Shown: one piece after another, positions 1 through 13,224 of the stretch
How positions within the stretch are numbered: the first letter of the stretch is position 1
Layout: every line of letters starts with the position of its first letter
NCBI GenBank assembly: GCA_026026165.1
Contig: JAPEUD010000004.1
Span: 558,001 to 622,000 of the forward strand
From: Sarea resinae
Lineage: Eukaryota
Direction: 5' to 3'
Length of the DNA stretch: 64,000 nt
Program-made: the position numbers and the translations under genes
The notes under the pieces: model-generated
Databases searched by the model: none
What the model saw: the letters and a program-made list of their open reading frames with translations, nothing else
Told to the model about the DNA's origin: nothing

Positions 1-3000
1 CAGCGGAGGTACCTTGTGATAGTAAGAAGGGCGCAGAAAGTACCTGCACCTATGTCGATACACAGGGCACAGACGCACGCTCACGCTCACGCTCACGCAC
101 ACGCCCGAGCGGCTGTGCCACCATCACCACGCACGCCTCTCGCCCCGCCACGCCGCCGCCGCCGCCCCAACCACGACGTTCTTACCTCTTTCACACACTC
201 CCATCCTGAGCCGTCTGCTCGCTCGGCCCTTTTGGTGCTCGAATCAGCCTGACCATGTTCATGCCTTCAGAATCCTTCAAGTCTCACTCCGTCTCACTTC
301 TCATAGTTTACAACCATCACTACACGTCTAGACACATTAGCATCTATCAACGACAACGAGCCTGTTCCCTACGCCTCAACGTACTAACATCGGCTACCAC
401 CGCGTGATGAGCTAGCTACGATGCGATACGATGCGACGGCCCCCCTCCCCCTTCTCCAGAATGGCCGAAGCGCGTACAGCGCCGTCTCTCCCATATCTCC
501 CAAACTAAAAAGCGCTAGGCCGTTGTTTTTGTTTTGCTGTTTTCGTAGCCCGCGGAATTAATCTTAGCTGTTTAACTACTGTCGGTCTGTCTGTCTCTCC
601 TTTAAACCATCTCAATATGGTACAGAGTACAAGGGATTCCTCGATGCGGAGTACTTCGTACATGCATACATATTGCGGCGTAGATCCTTCCCCCCACCAC
701 ACGCCCCCTATCGCTCTCCCTCTCCCGACCCGCACCCGCAACCGTTCGATGTTCGAATGACGCACTCTAGATCGACGGAACGGGCCATTCTCCGTAGAGT
801 TCGTTGGAAAAGGTAGGGACAACTAGATATAGTGGGTGTTTTGATTACCTACCCGTACCCTTACTACTACTCTAGTACCGCGCTTCTCCTATCATCCTTC
901 ATGAATCGTTCTTAGGAGTGGGCGGCACGCACCTCTATGAATCAATTTATTCTCTATGATGACAGTAATGACAACAACAACGAATCCGCCGGCGGCGGCG
1001 GCGGCGGCCGCACTGTCGTTGTCGACCGAGGAGTCGGATCCAGAGAAGGATCACGCATGACATCAGATCGCAGCGCGCCTTGGGGCCCAGCACTTTGGTT
1101 CAGCCGCCGTGCCATGTAGATGTAGATGTAGATGTACCGTAGATGTAGAAGTAGAAGCTGCGGATTTGATGGCCTCTATCCATACCATCTATCCCATATG
1201 ATGGCATCAAATTGAATTGAGATACATAGGTTGGGGGAAGAAACCTGGTTGAGAGGATCATCATCATCACCACCACCACCACCACCACCACCACCACCAC
1301 CACCACCACCACCACCACCACCACCACCACCACCAACCCACCCTCACCCCACTCCACCCCATCCTTCGATCGTCAGGGAATCTGGAGGTGTCAGAAAGAC
1401 AGTCTGCAACGGATTGCGCGGTTCAGATGTGATATGTCATATCCACATCCCGGATCGCTCGCTTCCATTCCAAACCGTCGTTTCCATTCTGGTCCTTGTT
1501 ATTCTTGTTCTTGTTGTTATGGTTCTTGTTGTTGGCAGGCGGTCAGACAGACCCGGGGTAGTTAGACCGCCCGCGCGGCGATCGTCGTTGGGACGGGAGC
1601 GGGAATGGGAGTCGGGCGTTGGAGTTGGGGGTGGGAGGTGGAGTTGGAAGTTGGCGGTGTGCGACCGGGTGCATTTATTGTTCTGGTGCGGTGCGGTGCG
1701 GTGCAGTGCAGAGCAAACTTGTGCAGACTGAGCGGTGCAGGAAGGATATTCGAGTAAGGCCAACATATCGAGATGAGGATTCAAGCCATGGATATCAACA
1801 ATAGATGGGCTGGCTGATCCGGATAGATGATTGGTTGTTTGGTTGATTGATTAATTGGCCTTCGCAGATCAAGCCGACGCCCAGAATTCCACCTAGTCTA
1901 CGGATAGAGTACGGATCGAGCCTTTGAGCCTGGAAGTAAACATCCACAGATGAGCTGAGTCAGTTGGGCCGGCCGATGTTGGCACTCGTTGCCAAATCCT
2001 TCTACGAAGTCTGACTCACTCCCTCGACTTCACTCCGTCCTACTACTCCGTATTCAACCTAAGGTACTCAGCTCCTCGTCCTCCAACCGAGACGGTCCTG
2101 CGACAGAAACTGTTGTTTTTCGAGATCGCCCATGGGATGTGTGTGTCCGCCCGACCCGCCCTGCCCTGGCCAGCTCCGGGGCGGGCCGCAACCACCAGGA
2201 AGGGCCAAGTTGTGCATTAATGCGGCTGGCCGGCCGGGGGGTTTTAGGGGGAACGGCAGGCATCGCATCGCATCTCGGAACGAGACGAGACGAGACGAGA
2301 CGAGTTTGGGAATTGAAAGCAATAAAATAATATGTACGGGCGAGGCGAGGTTGAGCGAATTAGGAAGCAGGAAAGGAGAAAGAAGAAGGGTATGCTGGGA
2401 ACCCTTCGTACTCTAGCCAGCTAAAAACCGGGCCTGGGCGCCATCGTTATCATCATCAATCACCGCCCGCATGATTTCCCGCATTTACGACGGTTTCGCA
2501 TTGACTCTACGCATTGGCTTTTCTCACAACATGATATAGCCTGGGAACGGGAGGAAGGAGCATGACAGACGACGGACGACTATTGACGACTAGAATACTG
2601 ACGCACCGCACCGCAGCAGCGCCGCTCGCCTGCCCGCCATGAGGAGCGCTTAGGTTGAGCTTGCGGGTTGGGGGAGGGAGAGGGATGCGCTAAGATGGCG
2701 AAACAATATCCATCAGGCTGCGGCGGCTACTGGGAAAAACTAAGCTCTGGTGGAAAAAGTGCTGCATAAGGTCCAGCGTATTCTACATACAGCGTACATG
2801 CATAGCTCAGTACGGGTCTCTAGAGTACATAGGCGGACGGGAGAGCCCATGACATGGTACACGGGATGGGATGGGATGGGACGGCACGTCTTGCGTTGCG
2901 TTGGAAGTGCATTGTCTTTGACGGCGCCGTGGCGCCGCGCGGGGCGGAAGGGATTCTTGACGGGTTGACTGGCTGGCTGGCCGTCTAGCTGGCCACAGAG

Positions 3001-3267
3001 CGTTAGGTGTTACTATGTAGGTCGGTAATTTGCGACGATGGATGCTGGGCTGGGCGCACATCCACACACACACACGCACACACACATGGCAGGGATCCAG
3101 GGACATGGGGGGGAGGGGCGGGGCCGCCATGGATGGACGGATAGGGATTGCTCCTGTAGGGATCTGGCTGGGATGGCTGGACTGCTGGGAACAACTCGTG
3201 GCAAGGGAGGAGGGAGGAGGGAGGAGGCGAGCCAGGGGCGAGGCGAGGCGAGAGGCGGTGAGGCGCG

Positions 3268-3305
<38 letters not shown>

Positions 3306-6300
3306 CTGCCGCTGCTGCTGCCGTGCTATGACGGCCCTGCCCAGCACGCCTCCTTACCCCTGTTCGGCCGGAGCTGGGCTAAGGTACTATGTACTCGGAG
3401 TACGGTACGCAGTTAGTAGAGTATGCAGTACTCTACTGCACAGTACTCGTTGATGCTTCGATGTTGCGCTTGAGATCAGAAGGGATGCTCCCGTCCCCGT
3501 ACTTCGTACCGCGCCGCTTACAGTACCGTTGACGGTGGAATCTCTAGGCTTACCTACTAACTCTAGTCCAGAGGGCGGCCTGCGCGCGCCCGACGGAGAT
3601 GACATGCCGGTTGGCGGCGTCATCCGGCCGCGCTGTCTCTCCCTCGGAGGCTCGATCGCATCGCGCAATTAGATTCTGGAACCTATCGAGTCATGTCATC
3701 CAGCGTCGACGGTCTTGGCGAAGTCAATCAATCAATCAGTCAGTCAGTCGGTTCGCCCTTGTTGCTTCGCCTACCTAGGTAGGCTGGTAGGCCGGAGGAC
3801 GGGGTCAGAGTCTAGGGAAAATCTAGGGAAACAATAGTGGCATGGAAGGAGAGAAAAAGTTGGGGTCCAAAAAGCGCGCGCACGCTCCATCTACATCGTT
3901 TTTCATTTATTCATTATTGGGTCTTGACATATTGTATCGTATTCCTTGGGTCTGCGCTGGGCTGAGCTCAGTCCTCTATCCTACTTGACTCTCACCTAGC
4001 TCGATTGATCGATTGATCAGTTGATTGAATTCTGGCGCATGATGAATAGAGCGATGCCGTCATGTCGCGTCTGGTCGCGTCGACGCTGCTGCTGCCATTG
4101 CCGGAGAGCGACAGTCAGACAGACAAGAAAGATAGGAAAGGAGCCTCATGAGATACCCTTTGCTCTGTATCATCTGCAGCCATCATAGTCGTAGGGTAAT
4201 AATGACAGTATCATGATGATGGTGATAGCGGGCAGGTATCCAGATGTTCGTGATATCAATATCCTGACATTGATATGATCAGAGTCATCAGTATGTGGCC
4301 CGATTCTACTTGCTGGCTGCCTTCTTTCTCCGGCCTCAGGTCCTGAGTCTCGGATCTTAGACTCTTACGCCCGCCAGCCGAGCAGACTGACTTCACCGAT
4401 TGATTCTCTCTTTCTGTCTCTCAGGCTCTCGTGCTCGTCTGCCAATAAACGCGCCAAGAGATGCCGTTAGAATTTCAATCGTTTCTTCTCCTTTGCCTTC
4501 TTCTTCGTCACCGTTCTTCATCTCCGACGCACATGAACTGAACATTCAGCCATCGACCGAACCAGAGAACTCCACACTCACTACTCTAATCATTAATCTG
4601 ATATTTCTTTCCCCTGTCCTTGTCGCTGCTACAGTCCCTGTCCCTGTCGGAAGGCCGGGTCAGGTCTACTCTAGATAGAGCATGTCTTGCCTTGTCTTGT
4701 CTTGTCTTGTCTGCTCTCATCTGGTCTCGTCCTGCTCCGCTGTCCATCTATCTGTCTATTTGCTCATCTATTGCCAACACACACACACACATACAACGCA
4801 CGCATCCAAGGTACGAAGAGCAATATCAGACCCGACCCCAACCCCTAAAAAGGGCCCGAGCGTGCTGCGGACTCGACATTGATACCTGATGAGCGTGATC
4901 GTGGCTGCCTTGCTGCTGGCTGCTTGCAGCATGCTGCTAGTAGACCGACCGATCGACCGACCAAGCGATTGATCGACCGCCTGGCTTTCTACACTACAGT
5001 ACTGCGCCGCCGCCGCCGTGTGGTAAGGAAGGGAGAGGAAAGGAAGGGGAAGGGAAGGGGCGGTCTGAGAAACTTGGTCGATCCATACAGACAGTCGTGT
5101 TCTATGGTAAGGTAGGTAGGGATCCAAATCGTTGACGTGTGTCGACAGATGGAGTCGACAGATGGACAGGACAGGACAGGACAGGACAGGACAGGACAGG
5201 GTCCTTGGCTCCCTCCATACCGAGGTGACTTGCTCTACTTTGTCCTCTCATTCCGTTCGTTCCACCTCACCTCACCGCACATCGCACACCTCACCGTCCT
5301 GTTCGTAGACAAGCCGAGCAAAGCACCGCACAGCGCAGCGCAGCACAGCACAGCACAGATAGAGGCGACGACTCAGATACACCACAAACCAAACAGAACG
5401 ACCAAGGCCCTTTACTGAGCCAGCCAGCCATCAGAGGGCTACCTGCCTCGTGTCCAAGTACGAAGTACTGTACGAGTAGCTGCGTCTACCTACCGACCAC
5501 TAAGGTATCCATATGTAGCTAGTGCAGCGAAACCAAGTCACTTGACCAGAATCTCCTGCGGGTGCCCGAGCCTAGCGCCGCCGCCGCCGCCGCCAAGCCA
5601 TTGAAGCGGTGGGCGGGCGGGTGAGTGGGAAAAGTGCGAAATCGCGCGCGATCCATTGATGACGGAGTACGGAGTACATTAGTACTAATCTTCTGTCCGC
5701 TATCCACTGTCTACTATCTACTATCCACTATCCAATCCACCTCATCCTTGTCCTCTATGTAATCAATCAATCAGACTTGACTTGACTGTACTCGACCTTC
5801 CCTTCTGCGTCTGTCCATCCACGCTGGCTGCTGTAGAGCCCTACATACTGTTTCTGCAGGAGTAGCACCACCATCACCACTACTACCAGGGTCAGACATC
5901 TATGCATGTATGCTTGTAGAATTGATGCGTGTGTGCACATATTGTAGATAGACAGCCAGACAGGCCGACAGACAGCCAGCCAGACAGGTATACACGCCCA
6001 GGTCTTGCGCCAGCTTTCGCGGTCTCGTTCTCCACCGTACGAATGACAGAGTAGAGTAAGGTAGAGCAGAGTAGAGTACCATATAGAGAGTCTGGGCATT
6101 TTGTATTTCCTACCTGCTTCCTACTTCCTACGACCTTGTATGTCTCCTTAGTGATAGCGCGCCCAAGGCATTACAGTATCACAGTATCACAGTATTACAG
6201 TCTTACGGACAGTATTACAGTAGGGTCGACTCTCCTTGACTCTCCTCTCCTCCCCTCTAGCTAAGCCGGGCCCCTATCCATCTATCCACCTTATCCTACC

Positions 6301-6330
6301 TCCTCTATCTCTCTATCTCTCTATCTCTCC

Positions 6331-6375
<45 letters not shown>

Positions 6376-7900
6376 ATCTCTATTACATCTTATATCTCTA
6401 CCTCTTAGTCCAGTGCATCGTGGATTGATTATCGTGCGTTGCTCTAGGACTACTACTTACCTTATTTACTACCCAAGGTAGGTAGGTGAGGTAGTAGACG
6501 TCTATCACTTATACATAAAGCGTAGCATACTTAGTTTACCATTGGTTTTTACTATAATGATACTATAGTGTTTACGATAGGTTTATAATACTACGGCACT
6601 TTATCACTCTCTACTATAACACTCTCTAGCACACTCGAAAGCACACTCGAAAGCATTCTATCAAACTCTATCAAACCGCTCTATAGCCATCCTATACCAA
6701 TTCCACCGTAGGAAAGTAAACAATAGGATAGCTAGAAGAGAAGGGAAGAGAAGAGAAGAGAAGTAAAACAACTAGCTAACCAACTAGCCAGCAGGTAGCC
6801 AGCTAGTACAAACCCAGCCCGCGAAAACGCACATACTCCCGGAGAATAGCCAGTTGTACGTTGGAGAGATTGGATCCATCTATGGATACGTGGATGCTTC
6901 TGTCTTGCTTCTGTTTACGCTGGCTGGCAGTTGGGCGGGCGGGCAGATGGGTAGGCTGGCAGTCGGGTAGGGAGGTAGGGAGGTTAGTACCTACCTTAGG
7001 TAGTAGGCAGGCAGATGTGTAGGTTAGTAGGTAGACAGGTAACATGCAGACAGACAGACAGACAGACAGAAATGCAGACACGCAGACATGCAGACATGCA
7101 GACATGCAGACCAGCGGGCGGACAGGCGGGCGGGCCGCAGGCAGACAAGCTCGGTCACGGAGCCGAAAGGTAAGACAAGAATGGGTGGGCGATTAGTAGG
7201 GAAAGAAAGTAAGAAAGGACACGAGTAGGTGTGTTACGGTGAGGTGAGGTAATTGGTAGGTAAGGTAAGGTGAGATGAGGAAGGTAAGTGATTATACCGA
7301 TTGATGATGTTGATAATAGTGATAGTAAGTGATAATAGTCACAATAGTCATAATCATAATTGTGATTTTTACTTATAACGATTACCTATACCTCTCTCTC
7401 TCTCACCACCGAAGAAGACGAGAAAGGAGAAAGAGCAAGGAAACAAAAACACAAGAAAGAAATCAAAGCGTAAAAACTCAGAAGTAAAGCCAACAAGAAC
7501 AATAACAACAATAACCACCAAGACTTATAACATCACCACCACCACCCCACCACTGAATAAGAGCTAGATTGACAATAAATTGACAGTAAACTAGATGGAT
7601 GGATCGATTTAGCTAATAGGTGGTTTATAGGCCGTTGTAGGACTTTCCACTTGGGTTAGATAAGTAGGTAGGTAGGTAGGTAGGAAAAGCTAATGATAAC
7701 ATAGACAATTGACGACGACGACAACAACGGTCACTGGATAGAGCTGTGAATAGAGCTCGAGGGAAACCCCTAGAGCGAGTCCTGCCGCCATCCATGGCTA
7801 CTCTATCTAGCACACACGTACTCGAGGTGCCTACGGTCTCCCTACACGCAGTCGAGATGGAATGTCTACTCAGTCGATACGGTGCCAGAGATGAATACCC
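1..7900. repeat. Microsatellite/low-complexity non-coding region with many different short-period motifs
   Basis: Examples: (CCA)n 1268-1335, (TGC/TGTTGC)n 3270-3325, (GGACA)n 5163-5198, (TCTA)n 6330-6372, (CAGA)n/(CAGACATG)n 7047-7110. ORFs here translate to repeat-derived peptides with no recognisable domain. Confidence 0.85.
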
Positions 7901-8037
7901 CCAACATTCTTAAGGCAGACACACACACACAGATAGGCACACGACCTACGCGCAGTGAGTTAACTGTACACAGCTCTCGTCCCCCACTCTATGTTACAAT
8001 CAATCAATCAATCAATCCATCCATCCTAAACCTAAGC

Positions 8038-11000
8038 CTAATCCTTCTCCTCTTCCCCATCTCCCTCCCCTTCTTCAGCGCCACCATCGTCCTCACCGTC
8101 CTCATCTTCACCGTCCTCATCTTCACCGTCCTCATCTTCACCGTCCTCATCTTCACCGTCCTCATTCTCGTCCGACTCTTCCCCGTCCGGCATGACGACA
8201 GAGTTCAGATAGGTAATCTAGAGAAAAGCGGTGGGCGGGAACAGCCCGTAGGAGTTAGTCGACAGCAGCCAAGGTCCACAGGATACCCGCACCCGTCACC
8301 ACATTGCCCCAACCACCACCACGAGGCAGAGAGCGTGCGAGCGGCCCGTTCCACCCACCCAGCAGAGCGACGAGCGGCGAGCGGCGTAGAAGCAAAAGGA
8401 AAGAGAAGAAAAGGGAAAAAGGCCAAGGGTCTCATGGGCGGGTCCCCCCCATTTGTTGCCCCGCTGGGACCCATTGCCAACCCGACTACCTACACTACAC
8501 TACCTCACTCTACTAAAAGCATGGCGCCAGCGCATCGCATCGCATCGCATCGCATCGTTTCCCGCTGGTCCAAACAAGAACGCAATTACGCGAAGATGGA
8601 TGGATGGATGGATGGATGGATGGCATGGCCTATTAGGAGGTAGGTGGTGAGACAGAAAGGAGAGTCGACTACGAGAGAAACTAGCGCCGCCGCCGCCGCC
8701 GCCGGGCATATATACTCATGCAGTGATATACTAAAAAATACGGAGAACAGGTGGGATGGGATCAGGGTTCTTACAAAGGGAGTCAGATTGCCAATGAGCT
8801 CGGCAATTCGGTTGAGCCCACCTGGCCCCATCACTTCGTCGTCGCGGAGCTTCTTGCCCACGGTGTAATTGCGAAGCCGTAGGATGTCAATATTTGGGTT
8901 GTCGGAATCGTAGCCCTGCATGTACGTGTACGAGTCAGTAAAAAGAACATGCTCCATGTGCTCGACTGTAGCAAAGTAAAATGGGTGGCAAGCCGAAGGA
9001 GATGCTGTAGAGGCCTGAGCGCGATGGATGAGCGCCGGGAAGATCCCGCTGGCCCTCCCTTGGGAGGTGCAGCTGCCCACCAAGGGCTTCATGGGACATT
9101 GCAACTTTGAAGGCGTAGAATAACCGCTCTTTGGAAGATCAAGATTGAGTGTCTTCGCTCCGCGAATGCAAGAGATCCTCTTGCTTGTGTGGTTTGATTT
9201 CGAAGGCGTCCAGCAGGAGCCACGAGCGATGCGACAAGAGCCAGACGATGCTCCACCCCCGAGTTTCTGTGCTCAATCTGCATCACCGCTTGCATGATGC
9301 ACGAGCAAGAGAAACACCAAAGATGAATGTCTGGTAGTCAACTCAAGAAAGTGGAGAAGACCGACGCACTCCAACAAGTCGCACAGCCTTTCTTCGCTCT
9401 GGCATGCCTAGTTGGACAACGACTGCAGAGTAAACTGCCGACCGTCTCCTTGCGGGGTAGGATGGCTTTGCAGACTGGAAGAGGAAACAGAAGCATCTGC
9501 GATGAAGAGCTTCGCAGAAAGGGGTTTAAGGCTAACGGAGAGATTGGGTAGATTCACCTTTGGCTTCGTCTTCAAAGCATTCTCTGTGTTCTGACCGATA
9601 AAGGCCCTCACTGCGTTCTTCTCATTCTTGGGAATTCCACCGAAGAACTCCTTTCGGAGACCCGCATTGGTCAAGACGCTTTTGATCTTGTGAGATTTGC
9701 GGTCAACGTCGCGTCGCAAGGAGGCCAGCGCTTGTGCTTCTGGCATCCACAAGCCGCCACCTAGAGACATACAAACACACGGTCAGCTAGTTCGTCAGTC
9801 TATTTCGTCGAAACAATGCGTGATGCAGCAACTGAATTGAAAGCCGAATCAGAAGTTGACTTCAGTGACAATCACCGAATCACTTGGACTTCAAGCGACG
9901 GACCCCAATGTCACCTTTCACCCCTTGACGAGGGACAGCTTGTGCGACAGAAGAATACAACGCAGTGGGCGGCCTTGCTGTGGTCACTTTGTGGTGTCCT
10001 GTAGCCAAGAGGGCAACGGCTTGAGCCCGAAACGGTCCGGAAACGTCATGAACAATGACGTTTCTGCAAACCACATTGCCAACGCATTAAGCACGGGAGC
10101 AATTCAATGTGCTCTGGCCACATGCTAATGTAAGGGAGACTGCAACGGGCTCGTGGTCCGAAGTTCGTGTCGCGGTAACGAGCTTTCAATTCTGGGGAGC
10201 GCAAGCTCATAGGGAGCAGGCCTTGCGTTTGAGGCAAGCCTCAGTGTTTCCGAAGCAAGCAATAGACGCATGGATAACGGCCGGCATATGTTCTTCCGTG
10301 GCATCTCGAGCGCTCAATGTGACGAGTCTCATATTCCACGATATTGTCCACACGGATTCAGACGAACAGATTGGTCAATCCGTGTAGGCGCCATCATCAA
10401 GCCATGGCATGCTTCAGACAGCCTGCAAACCCGTCGCGTCGGGTGGGATCGACCAGAGAGGGCTGCAATGATCTTTGATGAGTTTCATTGTGAGTTTTCA
10501 CACAGCGTTTCCGGCGAATAGAGCACTGACCTTTTTTGAGCCCAATCCTGTTCAGGTTACACAGCGCCCAATATCCGTTGTTAACCAACTGCCGGGTTGG
10601 GCCTTGCAAGTCTCGATACATGACGAGTCGTATCATGTATAATGGAAGCCTTATAAGATCGGCTGCGGGGGAAAACGACGACTAGGAAATGAAAGGCATA
10701 ATGGACAAGAACCTACCGACGAAAGTCCCTCCAGGCTGTATCTGCACGTAATAGCCGGCATAAGGTCCCTTTCTGCCCGTCCGAGACCTAGATAGAGTTC
10801 AGATAGTGACCAGTGCGACTTTGATGAAGCTCAGATTTGAGGCTTACCATGCTGCAGAAAAGTATGTCTATGCCGGAGATATGGTCAGCCCAGTGTCCCT
10901 GGAACATTCAAGATGATGAAGTAATGCCTGTAAAAACGTACTTTGTATGGCGTGGGATCAGGACTGAACCGGATATCTCGATATATTCGGAAGACCTATG

Positions 11001-11815
11001 GGTGCTGATCAGAAAAGTGGTCTGGCTCAATTTTGGTCAACACACAATATCCTTGACGGGCAACTCCGGGATGGTATCGTCCTTCTCAATGACTTGCTCC
11101 GTCAACTTTTCGACAAAAGAATTCCAGTCTTTCTGTGCCGCCCGATAGTCGGCATCATGCACTGCAGAATTAATCGTGAGCATGATCTATTATGACTTTG
11201 AGGGAACCCGAAGCACAGGCTGGCCGGAAAACACTCACTCTTCAGCCATTCTCTATCGTTGTTGTTGGCCAAGTCTTTGAGGAAGAGGAAGGTATTGGGG
11301 TGGATAGTCTCGTCCTTGTAAGGCGTCTTCCCCGGCTTTCGCGCTTTTGGTAGCTCGATGTAGACCTCCTGCCCTGGGTCCAGTCCTGTCTTGACTCCGG
11401 TCCTCCACATCTCCTGTCCTTTAGCTCCTACTACGCGAACCATGCCGTTGGTTTGCTTTGGTCGACCTCGTTTCTTAGGCTTCGAGTCTGCATCGCTCTC
11501 GTACTCGTCTTCGTCTTCGTCTTCGTCTTCGTCTTCTCCGTCAGCGGATGCCGAGGCAACATCGTCAGTGGCCTCGTAATTAGATGCAGCATCTTGTGAG
11601 TCTTCGGACGCCGACTCTGCGAGCTCATCCTCGTCAGATCCCTTCGTGAAGTATCTGCTCTTCTTCGCTGTCACTTTTTGACTTGCTGCACTCGAACCTG
11701 AGGGTTTCGAGCGTCTCGGGAGCTTCGTGGACGTGGGGGTTTCTGGGGACGCTGCTCGCTTCTTGGGCGTGGTCGAGGTGGACGCGACCTGATGCCGCAA
11801 CGAGCGACGTGCCAT
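8038..11815 (-). CDS. DUF2461 (CHP02453)-family conserved hypothetical protein, 8 exons
   Basis: Exons 11815-11239, 11161-~11046, 10995-10942, 10867-10848, 10787-10717, 9760-9558, 8915-8775, 8217-8038 splice in frame. Product has FLKDLANNNDREWLK, FRIYRDIRFSPDPTPYK, YFSAAWSRTGRKGPYAGYY, GGGLWMP, ALKTKPKGYD and ITYLNSVVMPD followed by an acidic tail. Confidence 0.85.
8091..8165 (-). repeat. 15-bp coding minisatellite (CTCATCTTCACCGTC)n encoding DGEDE repeats in the DUF2461 tail
   Basis: About four perfect plus partial copies directly visible. Confidence 0.9.
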
Positions 11816-12203
11816 GGCTGGAGATGGGATGATATGAGCAGATCAAGAAGCTCAAATAATATTTGGCGAGTCGCAGGCGAACGAAGGAACATATATCTTG
11901 ATCGGGCGGCCTTTATTGTCCCTTTGTCGGGCAATATCATGGAGAGCTCGGAGCTCTGACGCGTGAGATCATCGAAACTCTTTTCGGCTAATCCCAAAAG
12001 GGACACTTCATTAGTGCCCGTCTGCCGTCGCGAGACCATCATGGATATGGATGTGTGTGAGACGGACATGCTTTGGACTCGGATAGAGTAGATTTCTGCT
12101 ACGGCCGTTCTCTTCCTGCGGTGGCTCGGTGAATTCCATGTCCAGTCGGCTCGTGGACGATTTGACGCAAGAGCTGGCCGGCGTGTGAAGCCGTCAGTCG
12201 AAT

Positions 12204-13181
12204 ATGGACATCCCACCGAGCTTTGTCCAGAAGAAGCAGAAGATCTTACAGCAACTCGCCAGACCAGACGCCGATTACCAAGATCTCTCTCCCAAAGGCT
12301 CTGTGGACGAGGGCATTCGCGAGCTGATTGACCAGATCAACTCAACGGATGGGATCGTGACGACGAGCAGTTGCGCTGGGAGGATCAGCGTTTTTCTCGA
12401 AGGGCGACGCAAAGAAGATCCAGGTTCCGAACCCTCTCAGAGACTGGCGGGCGCAGGCGGCAAGGGAGGAGGAGGTAGATGGCTCTATGTCTCTCATGAC
12501 AGGCTGTTGAGCCCGGAGAGCGTGCAGCTTGAAGAGCTTTTTGGCCTGTCAAGGGGACTCCATCCTGATCGAGGGGCTTGCGACGAAGAGAGATACGCCC
12601 ATTTCAAGTTTGAGCCAATGGTAATCGAAAGCCCCGAATTGTATCTAGACGATGCTTGTGAACACATTACCTTCTAACGACTCCAGATTCTCCATATTCT
12701 GACCGCTTCGCATCATCACGCTCAACACGTCCTCAGCGCTGCCCTGCAAGCGGGCTTCCGTGAGTCTGGAGCTATCAACCTCATTCCCAATTCCTCAGAT
12801 CAGAATGCTGCTGTCACACCTATCGTAGCTGTCCGCTCCTCCGGATTGGCTCTCGACTCCATCGTTGGCCGCTTAGCCCCAAATGCGGAGGACGTAGAAG
12901 AAATCGAGAGTCTCGTCGGCGAGGGTTACCTCCAGACGCTTGTGAACATCGCGAATGGAAGATTTGCGGTCAACGAGCAGAGAATCCAGCGATTCACAGA
13001 TCTGTTGGGTTCTAGTACTGACGAGAAAGACGCGAGCGCTTGGGAGGATGCGAACGTTAGGAAGAAAAGAAAACGAGCGGAGGGATTAAGGCGGAGGGAG
13101 GAAATAATGCGTTCTAGGCAGCAAAAAGCTCTCGAATTGGGTCAACATGATGATAGTTTCCCAATCAATCTCAATAGCTAA
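12204..13181 (+). CDS. TYW3: tRNA wybutosine-synthesizing protein 3 (methyltransferase)
   Basis: DLSPKGSVD, TTSSCAGRISVF, WLYVSHD and FKFEPM|ILHI...AALQAGFRESGA motifs; intron 12621-12686. Confidence 0.93.
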
Positions 13182-13224
13182 CAATACGTTGCAAATTGCA
13201 TGAACTCGAATTGATTGTATCTAC

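Noticed and set aside
1100..1784. Poly-Pro / poly-Val ORFs
   Set aside because: Artefacts of the (CCA)n microsatellite; no domain or splice support.
8091..8165. CRISPR-like direct repeats
   Set aside because: Eukaryotic locus; contiguous 15-mers with no spacers, coding in frame.
7882..8643. 253-aa + strand ORF with TVLIF repeats resembling a membrane protein
   Set aside because: Antisense reading of the DGEDE minisatellite in the last DUF2461 exon.
9761..10716. TPP riboswitch or telomerase RNA in the long intron
   Set aside because: No TPP core (CUGAGA..GAUAA) and no TAACCCTAA-like template seen on either strand.
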